Part shown: positions 1 to 9,268 of the stretch, in pieces
Layout of the letters: every line of letters begins with the position of its first letter
Position numbering within the stretch: the stretch's first letter is position 1
From: Atopococcus sp.
Lineage (GTDB): Bacteria > Bacillota > Bacilli > Lactobacillales > Carnobacteriaceae_A
Length of the DNA stretch: 64,000 bases
Reading direction: 5' to 3'
Assembly (NCBI GenBank): GCA_043424615.1
Contig: JBHWOX010000009.1
Location: 1,629-65,628, forward strand
Translations under genes and position numbers: made by a program
Notes under the pieces: model-generated
Seen by the model: the letters and a program-made list of their open reading frames with translations, nothing else
Databases searched by the model: none
What the model was told of the DNA's origin: nothing

Positions 1-1071
1 GCCACCATCACCCACAATGGTGAAACCGTCACTATTGACAAACAAGGGATCGATCGATATGACCACTACAACCTTGTTGGTGAGATGACTATCAACCTGG
101 ATGACACACGTTATTACGACCAAAACTGGGACGAGAAATTTCAAAAGTCTGGAGATAAGATTACCGGCATCAAGCCAGGCCAAGCACTTACGATTGAGAT
201 TAAAAACACAAATGAAGGCGTCTATCCTAACGAGAAAACAGCCGATGAGATGAATGCTGCTCGTGAAGAGGGTCTAGTAAAAGGGGAAATTGATCCTAGC
301 TTTGTTAAAAAAGCAGAAGATGAAGGCTGGAAGATTGAAGTCATTCCAGGTGACCTCGCCAGATTTAAAGTCACCGCCCCTACCAACTCTAAGGTGGGAG
401 ACTTTATCGCCCTCCCTATGACCTATACCTATACCAATGGATCTGAGGACAATAAATGGTTCCACTTTGTGGTTCAAGAGTCGGATAACAATAGACCTGA
501 ATACCATGCCGTAGTGGGTTACCAAGGGGATACCCTCACCAATACCCCAGAGCTGCCTAAAGAAGAAAAAGATCTGAAGAAAAACCAACCAGAATCTTAT
601 GAGCTTAAGCCAGGCAGCTATACCGATAGTGCTGGAAATGTTTGGTCAGATGTAAGCATTGATCCTCAAACAGGTGTTGTAATCGCAGTCGTTCCAGAAA
701 ATGCAGATATTCAAGGTGGAGAAAATCTTTTTATACCTGTCATCGTCCACTACACAGATTCTGTAACGAATGAAGCCAAAACAGAAGAAGTATCCGCCCA
801 ATTCATCGCACGACCTAAGCACCAAGCTGCTGGTGGTCATGCTGTCATTGAAGATATTCCTTTTGAAACTACCATTATTTATGATGATAGCTTAGATATC
901 GGAACAGTTATTGAGACCAAGGGAGAATTAGGTTCTAAGCGCACTATCTATGACTGGAACTTCGATTCGACCCGTAAGAATGCCGCTGGCGAAGATCGAC
1001 CAGTGGTTGATAAAGTTTCTGAAACCATCCTCAAAGAGAAAAAAGACGCTGAAATTCGCATCGGTATCTGA
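1..1071 (+). CDS. Cell-wall surface adhesin, upstream segment (5' end lies outside the window); ends at an in-frame TGA
   Basis: Frame 1 is open from nt 1 (ATITHNGETVTIDKQG...). The ORF-track piece is 85-1071. It contains a G5-like segment, DIPFETTIIYDDSLDIGTVIETKGELGSKRTIYDW...EIRIGI. It stops at TGA 1069-1071, but the same frame stays open and G5-like through to 5013. Confidence 0.7.
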   Translation, partial: ATITHNGETVTIDKQGIDRYDHYNLVGEMTINLDDTRYYDQNWDEKFQKSGDKITGIKPGQALTIEIKNTNEGVYPNEKTADEMNAAREEGLVKGEIDPSFVKKAEDEGWKIEVIPGDLARFKVTAPTNSKVGDFIALPMTYTYTNGSEDNKWFHFVVQESDNNRPEYHAVVGYQGDTLTNTPELPKEEKDLKKNQPESYELKPGSYTDSAGNVWSDVSIDPQTGVVIAVVPENADIQGGENLFIPVIVHYTDSVTNEAKTEEVSAQFIARPKHQAAGGHAVIEDIPFETTIIYDDSLDIGTVIETKGELGSKRTIYDWNFDSTRKNAAGEDRPVVDKVSETILKEKKDAEIRIGI

Positions 1072-4000
1072 CCGGTTGAAGAAAAGGTAAATATCAACCG
1101 CCCTGTTGAAATTACAGTTGATGAGAATCTAACATCAGGCGAACAAGTCGTTGACCAAGAAGGTCATGATGGCGTTGTTACCGTTACGACCACTCGTCAT
1201 CCTCAAACTGGCGCCATCTCTATTACTAAGGAAGAAACAACAGCGCCAGTCGCTAAGAAAATCCGTGTTGGAGCTAAGACTGAAGGTACTGTTGTAGATA
1301 CTGACCCCATCCCATTTGAGGTAAAAGTTGAAAAAGACTCCACCCTCAAAAAAGGAGAATGGAAGTATAAAGAAGTGAACGGTGAGCCATTAACGGGGAC
1401 ACCGGGCTCCATCACTAAGACTTGGACTATTACTAACTCTGTAGCGGGTCAACCTACTGTAGAAAGAGTCGAGCCCGTAGATGCCGTCATCCTTGTAGGA
1501 GATGAAGATTTCACTGGAACAGTGACTCATACGGACAAGGAAGAAATTCCTTTTGAAGTGGAGATTGTTGAAAACCCAGACTTAGTTGTTGGAACAACCA
1601 ACGTTAAGCAACAAGGTGTCGCTGGCGAGAAAGAAGTGACTTACAGCCAAGCAATTAGAAATGGTCAAGCTGAAGGTAATGTAACGACAACCGAAAACCA
1701 AACCAAGGCACCAACTAAGCACATTATCGAAGTGGGAACTAAAGCACCAGACAGCATCTCATCATCAACCGGCTATGATATTCCATTTGAAACTGAAGTC
1801 ATCTACAACCCTGATAAACCATTGGGAACAAGCACTGTGCTTCAAGAAGGTAAAAATGGCCGTGTGGAAGATAGTGTTGAAACCGTCTTTGATCCAACAA
1901 CCGGTAAATTAATCAATAACAAAACTGGTAAAGAAATCAAAGCGCGTAAACGGGTCATCGAAATTGGAACCAAACCAATCGACAGCATCTCATCATCAAC
2001 TGGTTACGATATTCCATTTGAAACCGAAGTCATCTACAACCCAGATAAACCAATCGGAACAGTGAATGTTCTTCAAGAAGGTAAACCGGGCCGTGTGGAA
2101 GATGGCGTTGAGACGGTTTACGATCCAACAACCGGTAAATTAATCAACAACAAGACTGGTAAAGAGATCAAAGCGCGTAAACGCGTCATCGAAATTGGTA
2201 CGAAAATCCAAGACAAGATTGAAAAATCTGGCAACTACGAGATTCCATTCGAAACTGAAATCATCTATAACCCAGATAAACCAATTGGAACATCGACCGT
2301 TCTTCAAGAAGGTAAAGCAGGTTATATCGAAGGTGGCGTAGAGTTCGTCTTTGATCCAGAGACCAACACCTATGTAGCTAACACCACTGGCAAAGAAATT
2401 CGACCTCGCAAACGTGTGATCGAAATTGGTACGAAAGCACCGGATAAAGTATCAAGCTCAACGGGCTATGATATTCCATTCGAAACTGAAGTCATCTACA
2501 ATCCTGAAAAACCAATCGGAACTGTGAATGTTCTTCAAGAAGGTAAACCGGGCCGTGTGGAAGATGGGGTTGAAACAGTCTTTGACCCAGAAACTGGTAA
2601 GTTGATCAACAATAAGACTGGTAAAGAAATCAAAGCACGTAAACGCGTGATCGAAATTGGTACGAAAATCCAAGATAAGATTGAAAAATCTGGCAACTAC
2701 GACATTCCATTTGAAACTCAAGTGATCTACAATCCAGAAAAACCTTTGGGAACTACAACGGTTCTTCAAGAAGGTAAAATGGGTTACATCGAAGGTGGCG
2801 TCGAATTTGTCTTTGATCCAGAAACCAATACCTATGTGGCTAACACCACTGGTAAAGAAGTTCGACCACGTCAACGTGTGATTGAAATCGGTACGAAAGC
2901 ACCTGATAAAGTATCAAGCTCAACTGGCTATGATATTCCGTTTGAAACCGAAGTCATCTACAACCCAGACAAGCCATTGGGAACTACAACGGTTCTTCAA
3001 GAAGGTAAGCCAGGTCGTGTTGAAGATGGGGTTGAAACAGTCTATGATCCTGAAACGAATACCTTGATCAACAACAAGACCGGTAAAGAAATCAAAGCAC
3101 GTAAACGCGTGATTGAAATTGGTACGAAAGCACCGGATAAAGTATCAAGCTCAACGGGCTACGATATTCCGTTTGAAACCGAAGTCATCTACAACCCTGA
3201 TAAACCAATTGGAACAGTCAATGTCCTCCAAGAAGGTAAGCCGGGCCGTGTAGAAGATGGTGTTGAAACAGTCTATGATCCTGAAACGAATACCTTAATC
3301 AACAACAAGACGGGCAAAGAAATCAAAGCACGTAAACGCGTGATTGAAGTCGGCACCAAAGCCATTGAAGGCACAAGTTCAGAAGTCAATAAGGAAATTC
3401 CGGTTGCTGTTGAATATGTTTATGATGATACTCTGGATAAGGGTACGGTCAAAACAGGCCAACTCATCAATGGCTCAGTGACAACCAAAGTGGTATCTAA
3501 AGTAGTCGATGGTCAAGTGGTGAACGTTGAAGAAACAATTGTCACACCAGGTCGCCAACAAATTATTGTGGGCACCAAAGACTTCACTGGCGAATTTTCT
3601 TACACCGATAAGACGGTGGATCCGTTCGAAACGATTTACGAGTACGATGACACGCTTGAAGCAGGTCAAAGAACCGTCATTCAAGAAGGTGTGAACGGTG
3701 AAAGCGAAGTGACCATTACACAAGCTATGGTCAATGGCCAGCTAGGTGACAAGAAGGTTTCTGATCCTCGAGTCACTCAGGAAAAACAAAACCGCATTGT
3801 TAAAATCGGTAGCAAACCAGTGGTTAAAGAAGTTGACCAACCGATTGAAACAGAAATTCAATACAATGAAAATCTAGAAGTTGGTCAGGTCAATGAAAAA
3901 CAAGCCGGTAAAGCTGGTAAGACGACATTGACGACTACTTACGATAAGGATAAGCATAAGCTTGTAACAACTGAATCAGCTCTTGCAGGCGAAAAACGTG

Positions 4001-5013
4001 TGATTGAAGTCGGCACTAAACCAATCATCAAAGAAGTCGAGCTCGGTTATAACACCGAATACCGTCACAATCCAGAATTGAAAGCTGGCGAAACCAAAGA
4101 AATAACACCAGGTGTTAAGGGTAAAGTGACGATGACGACTTCATTTAATAAAGAGACGAATCAAGTAGAAACTTCTGAAAATCGAGTCGAACCTACCACA
4201 CGTATCGTTGAGTACGGCACGAAGACAGAAGGTAGCCACACTTACACTGAAGACATCGCTTACGACATCGAAATTATCTACGATGATACGATGGCAGCAG
4301 GCACTTCTGAAGTGGTTCAAGAAGGTGAAGTGGGACAAAAAGAAGTCACCGCGACCATTGTCGATTCTCAAGTGACTGGAACAAATGAAAAAGTTGTGAA
4401 AGATCCTGTGAAGAAAATCGTTAAAGTCGGTACCCTTTGCAAATTGCCTAAACCAGAAACGCCAGCTGGTAATGAAACCCCTGGTGAAGAGAATCCAGGC
4501 GGCAATGTAACTCCAGGTGAAGAAACTCCGGGCGGTAATGAAAATCCGGGTGAAGAGAACCCAGGCGGTAACGTCACTCCAGGCGAAGATCAGCCGGGTG
4601 GTAACGTCACTCCAGGCGAAGAGACTCCAGGAGGAAATGAAACTCCAGGTGAAGAAACCCCTGAAGATGAAAAACCTTCTGATCAAACACCTCCGAGTGA
4701 AATCACTCTTGGCGGTAGTCAATCAGACAGTAAGACACCTAGCAAGGATAACCCTGGCGATAAAGAAACGTCTGCTGATCATCATACCCCTGATAAGCCT
4801 TCAGATAATGAAAAATCGACGGCTATAAAAACAGCTATCGAGTCAGCTAAAAGCCCTGCTACTGCCGAAGCTTATCCAGCAAGCAAGGATGAGTCAGCAT
4901 CTGAAGATCAATTACCACAAACAGGTGCGAGTCCATTCCTAGCTCACGCAGGCCTGTCCATTTTGTCAGGACTAGGATTAGGCTTTATTGGCCGAAAAAG
5001 AAAAAATAAATAA
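1072..5013 (+). CDS. Continuation of the same frame: G5-repeat, LPXTG-anchored surface protein (first ATG only at 1375)
   Basis: Same frame as 1-1071. Bases 1072-1374 translate without stops into G5-like sequence (PVEEKVNINRPVEITVDENLTSGEQVVDQEGHDGVVTV...). Many units end in RVIEIGTK. There is a Pro-rich spacer, then a C-terminal LPQTG + hydrophobic stretch + RKRKNK sorting signal. There is no signal peptide or SD at ATG 1375. Confidence 0.75.
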   Translation, partial: PVEEKVNINRPVEITVDENLTSGEQVVDQEGHDGVVTVTTTRHPQTGAISITKEETTAPVAKKIRVGAKTEGTVVDTDPIPFEVKVEKDSTLKKGEWKYKEVNGEPLTGTPGSITKTWTITNSVAGQPTVERVEPVDAVILVGDEDFTGTVTHTDKEEIPFEVEIVENPDLVVGTTNVKQQGVAGEKEVTYSQAIRNGQAEGNVTTTENQTKAPTKHIIEVGTKAPDSISSSTGYDIPFETEVIYNPDKPLGTSTVLQEGKNGRVEDSVETVFDPTTGKLINNKTGKEIKARKRVIEIGTKPIDSISSSTGYDIPFETEVIYNPDKPIGTVNVLQEGKPGRVEDGVETVYDPTTGKLINNKTGKEIKARKRVIEIGTKIQDKIEKSGNYEIPFETEIIYNPDKPIGTSTVLQEGKAGYIEGGVEFVFDPETNTYVANTTGKEIRPRKRVIEIGTKAPDKVSSSTGYDIPFETEVIYNPEKPIGTVNVLQEGKPGRVEDGVETVFDPETGKLINNKTGKEIKARKRVIEIGTKIQDKIEKSGNYDIPFETQVIYNPEKPLGTTTVLQEGKMGYIEGGVEFVFDPETNTYVANTTGKEVRPRQRVIEIGTKAPDKVSSSTGYDIPFETEVIYNPDKPLGTTTVLQEGKPGRVEDGVETVYDPETNTLINNKTGKEIKARKRVIEIGTKAPDKVSSSTGYDIPFETEVIYNPDKPIGTVNVLQEGKPGRVEDGVETVYDPETNTLINNKTGKEIKARKRVIEVGTKAIEGTSSEVNKEIPVAVEYVYDDTLDKGTVKTGQLINGSVTTKVVSKVVDGQVVNVEETIVTPGRQQIIVGTKDFTGEFSYTDKTVDPFETIYEYDDTLEAGQRTVIQEGVNGESEVTITQAMVNGQLGDKKVSDPRVTQEKQNRIVKIGSKPVVKEVDQPIETEIQYNENLEVGQVNEKQAGKAGKTTLTTTYDKDKHKLVTTESALAGEKRVIEVGTKPIIKEVELGYNTEYRHNPELKAGETKEITPGVKGKVTMTTSFNKETNQVETSENRVEPTTRIVEYGTKTEGSHTYTEDIAYDIEIIYDDTMAAGTSEVVQEGEVGQKEVTATIVDSQVTGTNEKVVKDPVKKIVKVGTLCKLPKPETPAGNETPGEENPGGNVTPGEETPGGNENPGEENPGGNVTPGEDQPGGNVTPGEETPGGNETPGEETPEDEKPSDQTPPSEITLGGSQSDSKTPSKDNPGDKETSADHHTPDKPSDNEKSTAIKTAIESAKSPATAEAYPASKDESASEDQLPQTGASPFLAHAGLSILSGLGLGFIGRKRKNK
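1735..3351 (+). repeat. Seven tandem 231-bp (77-aa) G5-type units in two subtypes, ordered A-A-B-A-B-A-A
   Basis: Unit starts (GGxACxAAA = GTK) recur at 1735, 1966, 2197, 2428, 2659, 2890 and 3121, and the next unit starts at 3352. The period is exactly 231 nt. Type A: APD..SSSTGYDIPFETEVIYNP...GRVEDGVETV.DP.TGKLINNKTGKEIKARKRVIEIGTK. Type B: IQDKIEKSGNY.IPFET..IYNP...GYIEGGVEFVFDPETNTYVANTTGKE.RPR.RVIEIGTK. Confidence 0.9.
4462..4664 (+). repeat. Degenerate 24-nt periodic Pro/Gly/Glu repeat (PGGN[V/E]TPGEE[T/N]); wall-spanning spacer
   Basis: Translated run: PAGNETPGEENPGGNVTPGEETPGGNENPGEENPGGNVTPGEDQPGGNVTPGEETPGGNETPGEETPED. Boundaries are approximate. Confidence 0.7.
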
Positions 5014-5048
5014 GAGCTAGCTTTCTACTTTAGATTATCAGCTCTTGA

Positions 5049-5082
5049 GCGCTCATAATTGTATGAGCGCTTTTCTTTTTTT
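5049..5082 (+). terminator. Rho-independent terminator of the adhesin gene
   Basis: Stem GCGCTCAT (5049-5056) / ATGAGCGC (5063-5070), loop AATTGT, followed by TTTTCTTTTTTT. Confidence 0.8.
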
Positions 5083-5240
5083 AAAAATTTATTTGCCCCA
5101 TCCCCCACTGGCTGACTAGTGATCGCTAGAATGCCTTGCCTAACTCTTCCCTCTTTTTTTAAATACTCGCCGGCCTCCTTTTATTTCTACACAAGTTTTT
5201 AGCCTTTAGCTGGTCAAGTCAAAGTGAATAGATCAAAAAA

Positions 5241-5312
5241 AGCCTAGCCCTAATCTTAGGGCTAGGCTTCCTGCTTATTTAAAATAAAAAAACAGCAGGT
5301 TTCCCTGCTGTT
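5241..5312 (-). terminator. Two tandem hairpin terminators downstream of rplL
   Basis: Hairpin 1: AACAGCAGG/CCTGCTGTT (5291-5312), with a T-run on the minus strand (5281-5290). Hairpin 2: AGCCTAGCCC/GGGCTAGGCT (5241-5268), followed on the minus strand by TTTTTTT. Confidence 0.7.
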
Positions 5313-5330
5313 TGAAATGACTGGTCGTCA

Positions 5331-5708
5331 TTATTTAGCTTCAGCTGATCCTCCAGCTTCTTCGATAGCTGCGATTAATTCGTCAGCTTCTTCTTTAGAA
5401 ACGCCTTCTTTGATGTTTGAAGGTGCGTTGTCTACTAAGTCTTTAGCTTCTTTCAAGCCTAAGCCAGTAGCTTCACGAACAGCTTTGATAACTTGGATTT
5501 TAGCTTGTCCAGCTGAAGTTAATTCAACGTCGAATTCAGTTTGTTCAGCAGCGCCAGCGTCTCCACCAGCAGCTGGTCCAGCAGCCATAGCTACAGGAGC
5601 TGCAGCTTCAACGTCAAATTCTTCTTCGATTGCTTCAACTAAGTCGTTTAATTCAACAACAGTTGCTTCTTTTAAATCTTCAATAATTTTTTCAATATCT
5701 AATGCCAT
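5331..5708 (-). CDS. rplL: 50S ribosomal protein L7/L12
   Basis: 125 aa: [33 protein letters not shown]..., an Ala-rich hinge, and a C-terminal ...[15 protein letters not shown]...[10 protein letters not shown]. It lies directly downstream of rplJ. Confidence 0.97.
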   Translation of the reverse strand: MALDIEKIIEDLKEATVVELNDLVEAIEEEFDVEAAAPVAMAAGPAAGGDAGAAEQTEFDVELTSAGQAKIQVIKAVREATGLGLKEAKDLVDNAPSNIKEGVSKEEADELIAAIEEAGGSAEAK

Positions 5709-5777
5709 TTATGGTTCCTCCATATTTTTGTATTTTTATATTCAATCGTTTAACTACTATAGACGATCATTTCTCTT

Positions 5778-6338
5778 TTAAGCCACGTCGTCTCCGTTTT
5801 CTTCTTTATCTTCTGCCAATGCTTTAATAGTAAGCATGGTATCACGCAATGGATTTTTCGCCAATGCATTGAAGGTTTGAGCAGTTTTGCGGATTGGGGC
5901 TTTCAAGCCAGAAGCCACCATAGATAGTAAATCTTCACGGCTTGGTAATTCAGCGATTTTATCGATAGCGTCTAAGTCAATTGGGTTGCCTTCAACGATA
6001 CCGCCTTTAATTTCGATAACATCGTTTTCTTTTGCTGCGTCACGCAAGATTTTTGCAGGGGCAGCAACGTCCTCGTTAGAGAAAGCCACAGCTGTAGGTC
6101 CAGTGAAGATGTCGTTCATATCTTCATAACCAATTTCATCAGCTGCACGGCGTAACATAGAGTTTTTGATGACGTGGAATTCAACACCCGCTTCACGTAA
6201 GTCTTTACGTAATTTAGTGTCTTCTTCTACAGTCAAACCACGAGTGTTAACGATAATCGTAGACACTGAATTTTCAAATAATTCAACAGTTTGAGCTACA
6301 ATTTGTTTTTTTGCTTCGATGATTCGTTCGTTTGCCAA
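5778..6338 (-). CDS. rplJ: 50S ribosomal protein L10
   Basis: ...IVNTRGLTVEEDTKLRKDLREAGVEFHVIKNSMLRRA is typical L10. I prefer the TTG start at 6338, which sits 8 nt after GGAGG (6348-6352). The ORF-track ATG at 6359 lies upstream of that SD. Confidence 0.92.
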   Translation of the reverse strand: MANERIIEAKKQIVAQTVELFENSVSTIIVNTRGLTVEEDTKLRKDLREAGVEFHVIKNSMLRRAADEIGYEDMNDIFTGPTAVAFSNEDVAAPAKILRDAAKENDVIEIKGGIVEGNPIDLDAIDKIAELPSREDLLSMVASGLKAPIRKTAQTFNALAKNPLRDTMLTIKALAEDKEENGDDVA

Positions 6339-6359
6339 AAATGTCACCTCCAGCTTCAA

Positions 6360-6570
6360 AATGCTTCAATGAGATGAAGGATTAAAAAAATCCTCCATGT
6401 CACCGAAGACATAGAGGATAATCATACATGCTAATTGGGCACAAAGGCACCCTTTTTTCCTGTATATTTTCTTCCTCGGTAAGGTGGAATATTACGGCTT
6501 GCGCCCCTTACGGTCTTCGGTATCAAATATAATATTTAATTCGACTTTTAGAATATAACAAAGGCATTAA
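6360..6570 (-). promoter_or_regulatory. Structured 5' leader of rplJ-rplL (candidate L10-leader autoregulatory RNA)
   Basis: An untranslated gap of more than 200 nt lies between the rplA stop (6585) and the rplJ start. The minus-strand RNA contains GC-rich helices, including a GNRA-capped hairpin GGC-GCAA-GCC (+ strand 6496-6505). The L10 leader is known upstream of rplJ in Firmicutes. No covariance model was run. Confidence 0.5.
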
Positions 6571-6584
6571 TCTTTGTCAAGCAA

Positions 6585-7280
6585 TTATTCAGTGATGGAG
6601 TTGACGTCGATTTTTACGCCTGGGCCAAAGGTCGTTGATAGAGCAATGTTTTGCATCCAATCTCCTTTAGCAGCTGCAGGTTTTTCAGAAACTAAGCGGC
6701 TGTGTAAAGCGCGTAAGTTTTCTAAAATGGCTTGGTTGTCGAATGACACTTTACCAAGTGGGGCATGGATGTTGGCATTTTTATCTGTACGATAAGCCAC
6801 TTGCCCTGCTTTAATGTCTTTAACCGCTTGTTCGACATCCATAGTCACTGTTCCTGTTTTAGGGTTAGGCATCAAGCCTTTTGGTCCTAAAATTTGTCCT
6901 AATTTACCGACTTCTGACATCATGTCTGGTGTAGCGACAGCAACGTCAAAGTCTAACCATCCGCCTTGGACTTTTTCAACCAAGTCAGCGTCACCAACGA
7001 AGTCTGCACCTGCATTTTCGGCTTCGGTTGCTTTTTCACCTTTAGCGAAAACGGCTACGGTTTGAGTTTTACCAGTACCATGAGGTAAAACGATAGAGCC
7101 GCGTAATTGTTGGTCGGCTTGGCGAACGTCTAAGTCTAAGCGATAAGCAACATCAATGCTTGCATCGAAGTTCGCGCTGTCTAATTCTTTAATTAATTCG
7201 ATTGCTTCTTTTACATCATAAAATTTGTGCGGGTTTACTTTTTCAACCGCATCAAGATATTTTTTTCCTCTTTTTGCCAC
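6585..7280 (-). CDS. rplA: 50S ribosomal protein L1
   Basis: 231 aa: [15 protein letters not shown]...[36 protein letters not shown] start (7278-7280), preceded by AAGGAGG. Confidence 0.97.
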   Translation of the reverse strand: MAKRGKKYLDAVEKVNPHKFYDVKEAIELIKELDSANFDASIDVAYRLDLDVRQADQQLRGSIVLPHGTGKTQTVAVFAKGEKATEAENAGADFVGDADLVEKVQGGWLDFDVAVATPDMMSEVGKLGQILGPKGLMPNPKTGTVTMDVEQAVKDIKAGQVAYRTDKNANIHAPLGKVSFDNQAILENLRALHSRLVSEKPAAAKGDWMQNIALSTTFGPGVKIDVNSITE

Positions 7281-7381
7281 AAAAATTCCTCCTTATAGTG
7301 GTATTAACGGGTGTTCATCCTCCCACAAGCACCATTGAGTCAATGGGCTGTGCTGAACGAATGCCATTGTGAAGTTAGGGA

Positions 7382-7807
7382 TTATCCTTCGACAGTGAAT
7401 CCCATAGAACGAGCTGTACCTTCAATAATGCGCATAGCAGCTTCAAGATCTGCTGCGTTTAAGTCTTCTTGCTTGCGTTCAGCAATTTCTTGGACTTGGG
7501 CTTTTGTTACGGTTGCTACTTTTTTAGTGTTTGGTTCACCAGAACCTTTTTGAACACCTGCCGCTTTTTTCAATAAGTCTGAAGCTGGTGGTGTTTTGGT
7601 TACGAATTTATATGAACGGTCTTCATAGACAGTGATCACTACTGGGATAATATCTCCCATTTGATCTGATGTACGTTCGTTAAATTCTTTGGTAAAACCT
7701 GAAATATCAATCCCTGCTTGTCCTAAAGCCGGTCCAATCGGTGGAGCTGGGCTTGCTTGACCTGCTGGAATTTGTAATTTCACTACGTTTACTACTTCTT
7801 GTGCCAC
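7382..7807 (-). CDS. rplK: 50S ribosomal protein L11
   Basis: 141 aa: [39 protein letters not shown]... GTG start, preceded by AAGGAGG. Confidence 0.97.
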   Translation of the reverse strand: MAQEVVNVVKLQIPAGQASPAPPIGPALGQAGIDISGFTKEFNERTSDQMGDIIPVVITVYEDRSYKFVTKTPPASDLLKKAAGVQKGSGEPNTKKVATVTKAQVQEIAERKQEDLNAADLEAAMRIIEGTARSMGFTVEG

Positions 7808-8201
7808 GTGACATACCTCCTTATAAATTTTGTTGTCCGTGTGTGGTTCAGTGGAGCTAGTTTACTCCTCCCACAAACAATGTGCACACGGCATTTGCGA
7901 CTGGCAAACACGCGTACCTGATTAAATTAACATATCGAGGGTTTGAATGCAAGCCTTTATCCAAGCTTTTTCAAAGGAATGGGGAGATGAATGGTGTAAA
8001 TATTGTCGGCCTTAATAAATCTCCTTATCTATTTATCTTATTAATACCTATAGGAATTGCTGATGACTTTCGGTATAATCAAAGCACATATATGGAAGAT
8101 ATATGCGTTTCTTCAACAACAACCTCTTTTAAGTGAGCGAATCTTTTTTCGCTCACTTTTCCGTTTTATATCCAACATTTTTTAGAAAGGAGGAGGGAGG
8201 C

Positions 8202-9221
8202 ATGTCAGAAACCAAAGAAAATACGTCAACCATTATTGTCCGTCCCTTGGAAAATTATCGGGGCGATTGTAATGTGTCCACCCTGCGTCCATGGATGGGT
8301 ACCGACTATATGCAGATTCCAGAGTGTTTGGATATCATTTATGATCTCAACCACTGGCAGCTGCTGACGGCTTTAGAGAAAATTGAGGCCCTGATCGTCA
8401 AAAAACCAGAGCTGACTCATGATCTCTGGCGGTTAAAGGCAGAAGTTTATGGCCTATACGATAAATTTGACGAACTTTATGAGCAATGTGAAACAATCTT
8501 GGAGTTTCTACCAGAGGATCCGCAAGCTCTGTTCTTGTCGACTTTTTATGGTCGCTTATTCGATATTCCTATTGATGAACACAAGCATTTTGAAACTTTA
8601 CAGGAATGTCATCCTGAGCTGGCTGATAAGCTGGTTGGCTTGGTTGACTTTATCGACACCCATTCCAAACGAACAGATTTTGAAAATGAGATGGACGACT
8701 TAGAAGAAGTGGAACTCATCTGTATGTTTGGTTATCTGGTTTATGAAGAAGGGTCTCTGGCGCCCACCACCATCAAGCGCGCTTCCAAAACGCTCGAACT
8801 TGCTCAGCGCTTCCCTCAGGCTGAAATTATGGTGTCCGGGGGGGCAGTCAATAGCCCCTATGTGGAATCAGCCGGCATTAAAAACTGGCTGATCGACCAG
8901 GGAGTGGACGCTGACCGCATCATCATTGACCCCTTTGCTAAGGATACGGTGGGGAATATCCAAGCCTTCTGTGATGCCATCAAGCAAAAAGACTTGGACC
9001 AAGTGGTGATCGTTAGCTCCATGGACCACCTGCCCCGCTGTTATATGGGGGTCTATACCCAGCTTATGAGCATGGGAGTGGACTGCGACATTTACGCTGC
9101 CGCTTATGAAAAACCTTATTCACAAGAGATTTCTGAAGACGAAACCTACCGCGAATACCAAACCCTACTGCGGACGGCCCATTGCTTTACTAAGAGCGAT
9201 TTTAAAGCTTATCAGTATTAA
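8202..9221 (+). CDS. DUF218 (YdcF/SanA-like) domain protein with a helical N-terminal half
   Basis: The C-terminal half (...ICMFGYLVYEEG...EIMVSGGAVNSPYVESAGIKNWLIDQGVDADRIIIDPFAKDTVGNIQ...VIVSSMDHLPRC) resembles DUF218. ATG 8202 follows AAAGGAGGAGGGAGG. The longer ORF-track start (8133) lies inside a terminator hairpin. Confidence 0.65.
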   Translation: MSETKENTSTIIVRPLENYRGDCNVSTLRPWMGTDYMQIPECLDIIYDLNHWQLLTALEKIEALIVKKPELTHDLWRLKAEVYGLYDKFDELYEQCETILEFLPEDPQALFLSTFYGRLFDIPIDEHKHFETLQECHPELADKLVGLVDFIDTHSKRTDFENEMDDLEEVELICMFGYLVYEEGSLAPTTIKRASKTLELAQRFPQAEIMVSGGAVNSPYVESAGIKNWLIDQGVDADRIIIDPFAKDTVGNIQAFCDAIKQKDLDQVVIVSSMDHLPRCYMGVYTQLMSMGVDCDIYAAAYEKPYSQEISEDETYREYQTLLRTAHCFTKSDFKAYQY

Positions 9222-9231
9222 ATCATCCAAA

Positions 9232-9268
9232 CGCTAAGAGCTATGATTCAAGCTCTTGGCGTTTTTTT
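9232..9268 (+). terminator. Rho-independent terminator
   Basis: CGCTAAGAGC...AGCTCTTGGCG hairpin, followed by TTTTTTT. Confidence 0.75.

Noticed and set aside
1073-1100. The hairpin after the adhesin TGA as a genuine SECIS element, which would put selenocysteine in a G5 adhesin.
   Set aside because: A Sec at a linker position of a structural surface protein has no precedent or redox context, and the loop is 14 nt. It is kept only as a note under the nonsense/read-through finding.
2458-4828. Several ORFs inside the adhesin gene, antisense or out of frame (2458-2874, 2882-3067, 3475-3723, 4141-4722, 4368-4577, 4517-4828).
   Set aside because: They are artefacts of the repetitive, codon-biased adhesin sequence, and all lie nested within the long G5/Pro-rich frame.
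5317-5781. A 154-aa plus-strand ORF (Ala/Ser-rich).
   Set aside because: It is the antisense shadow of rplL and its low-complexity composition mirrors the L7/L12 Ala-rich hinge.
7882-8136. An 84-aa ORF in the rplK / DUF218 intergenic region.
   Set aside because: It has no SD and no recognisable family. It spans a promoter-like element and ends inside a terminator stem. Only its last 14 codons are mentioned, as a speculative uORF.
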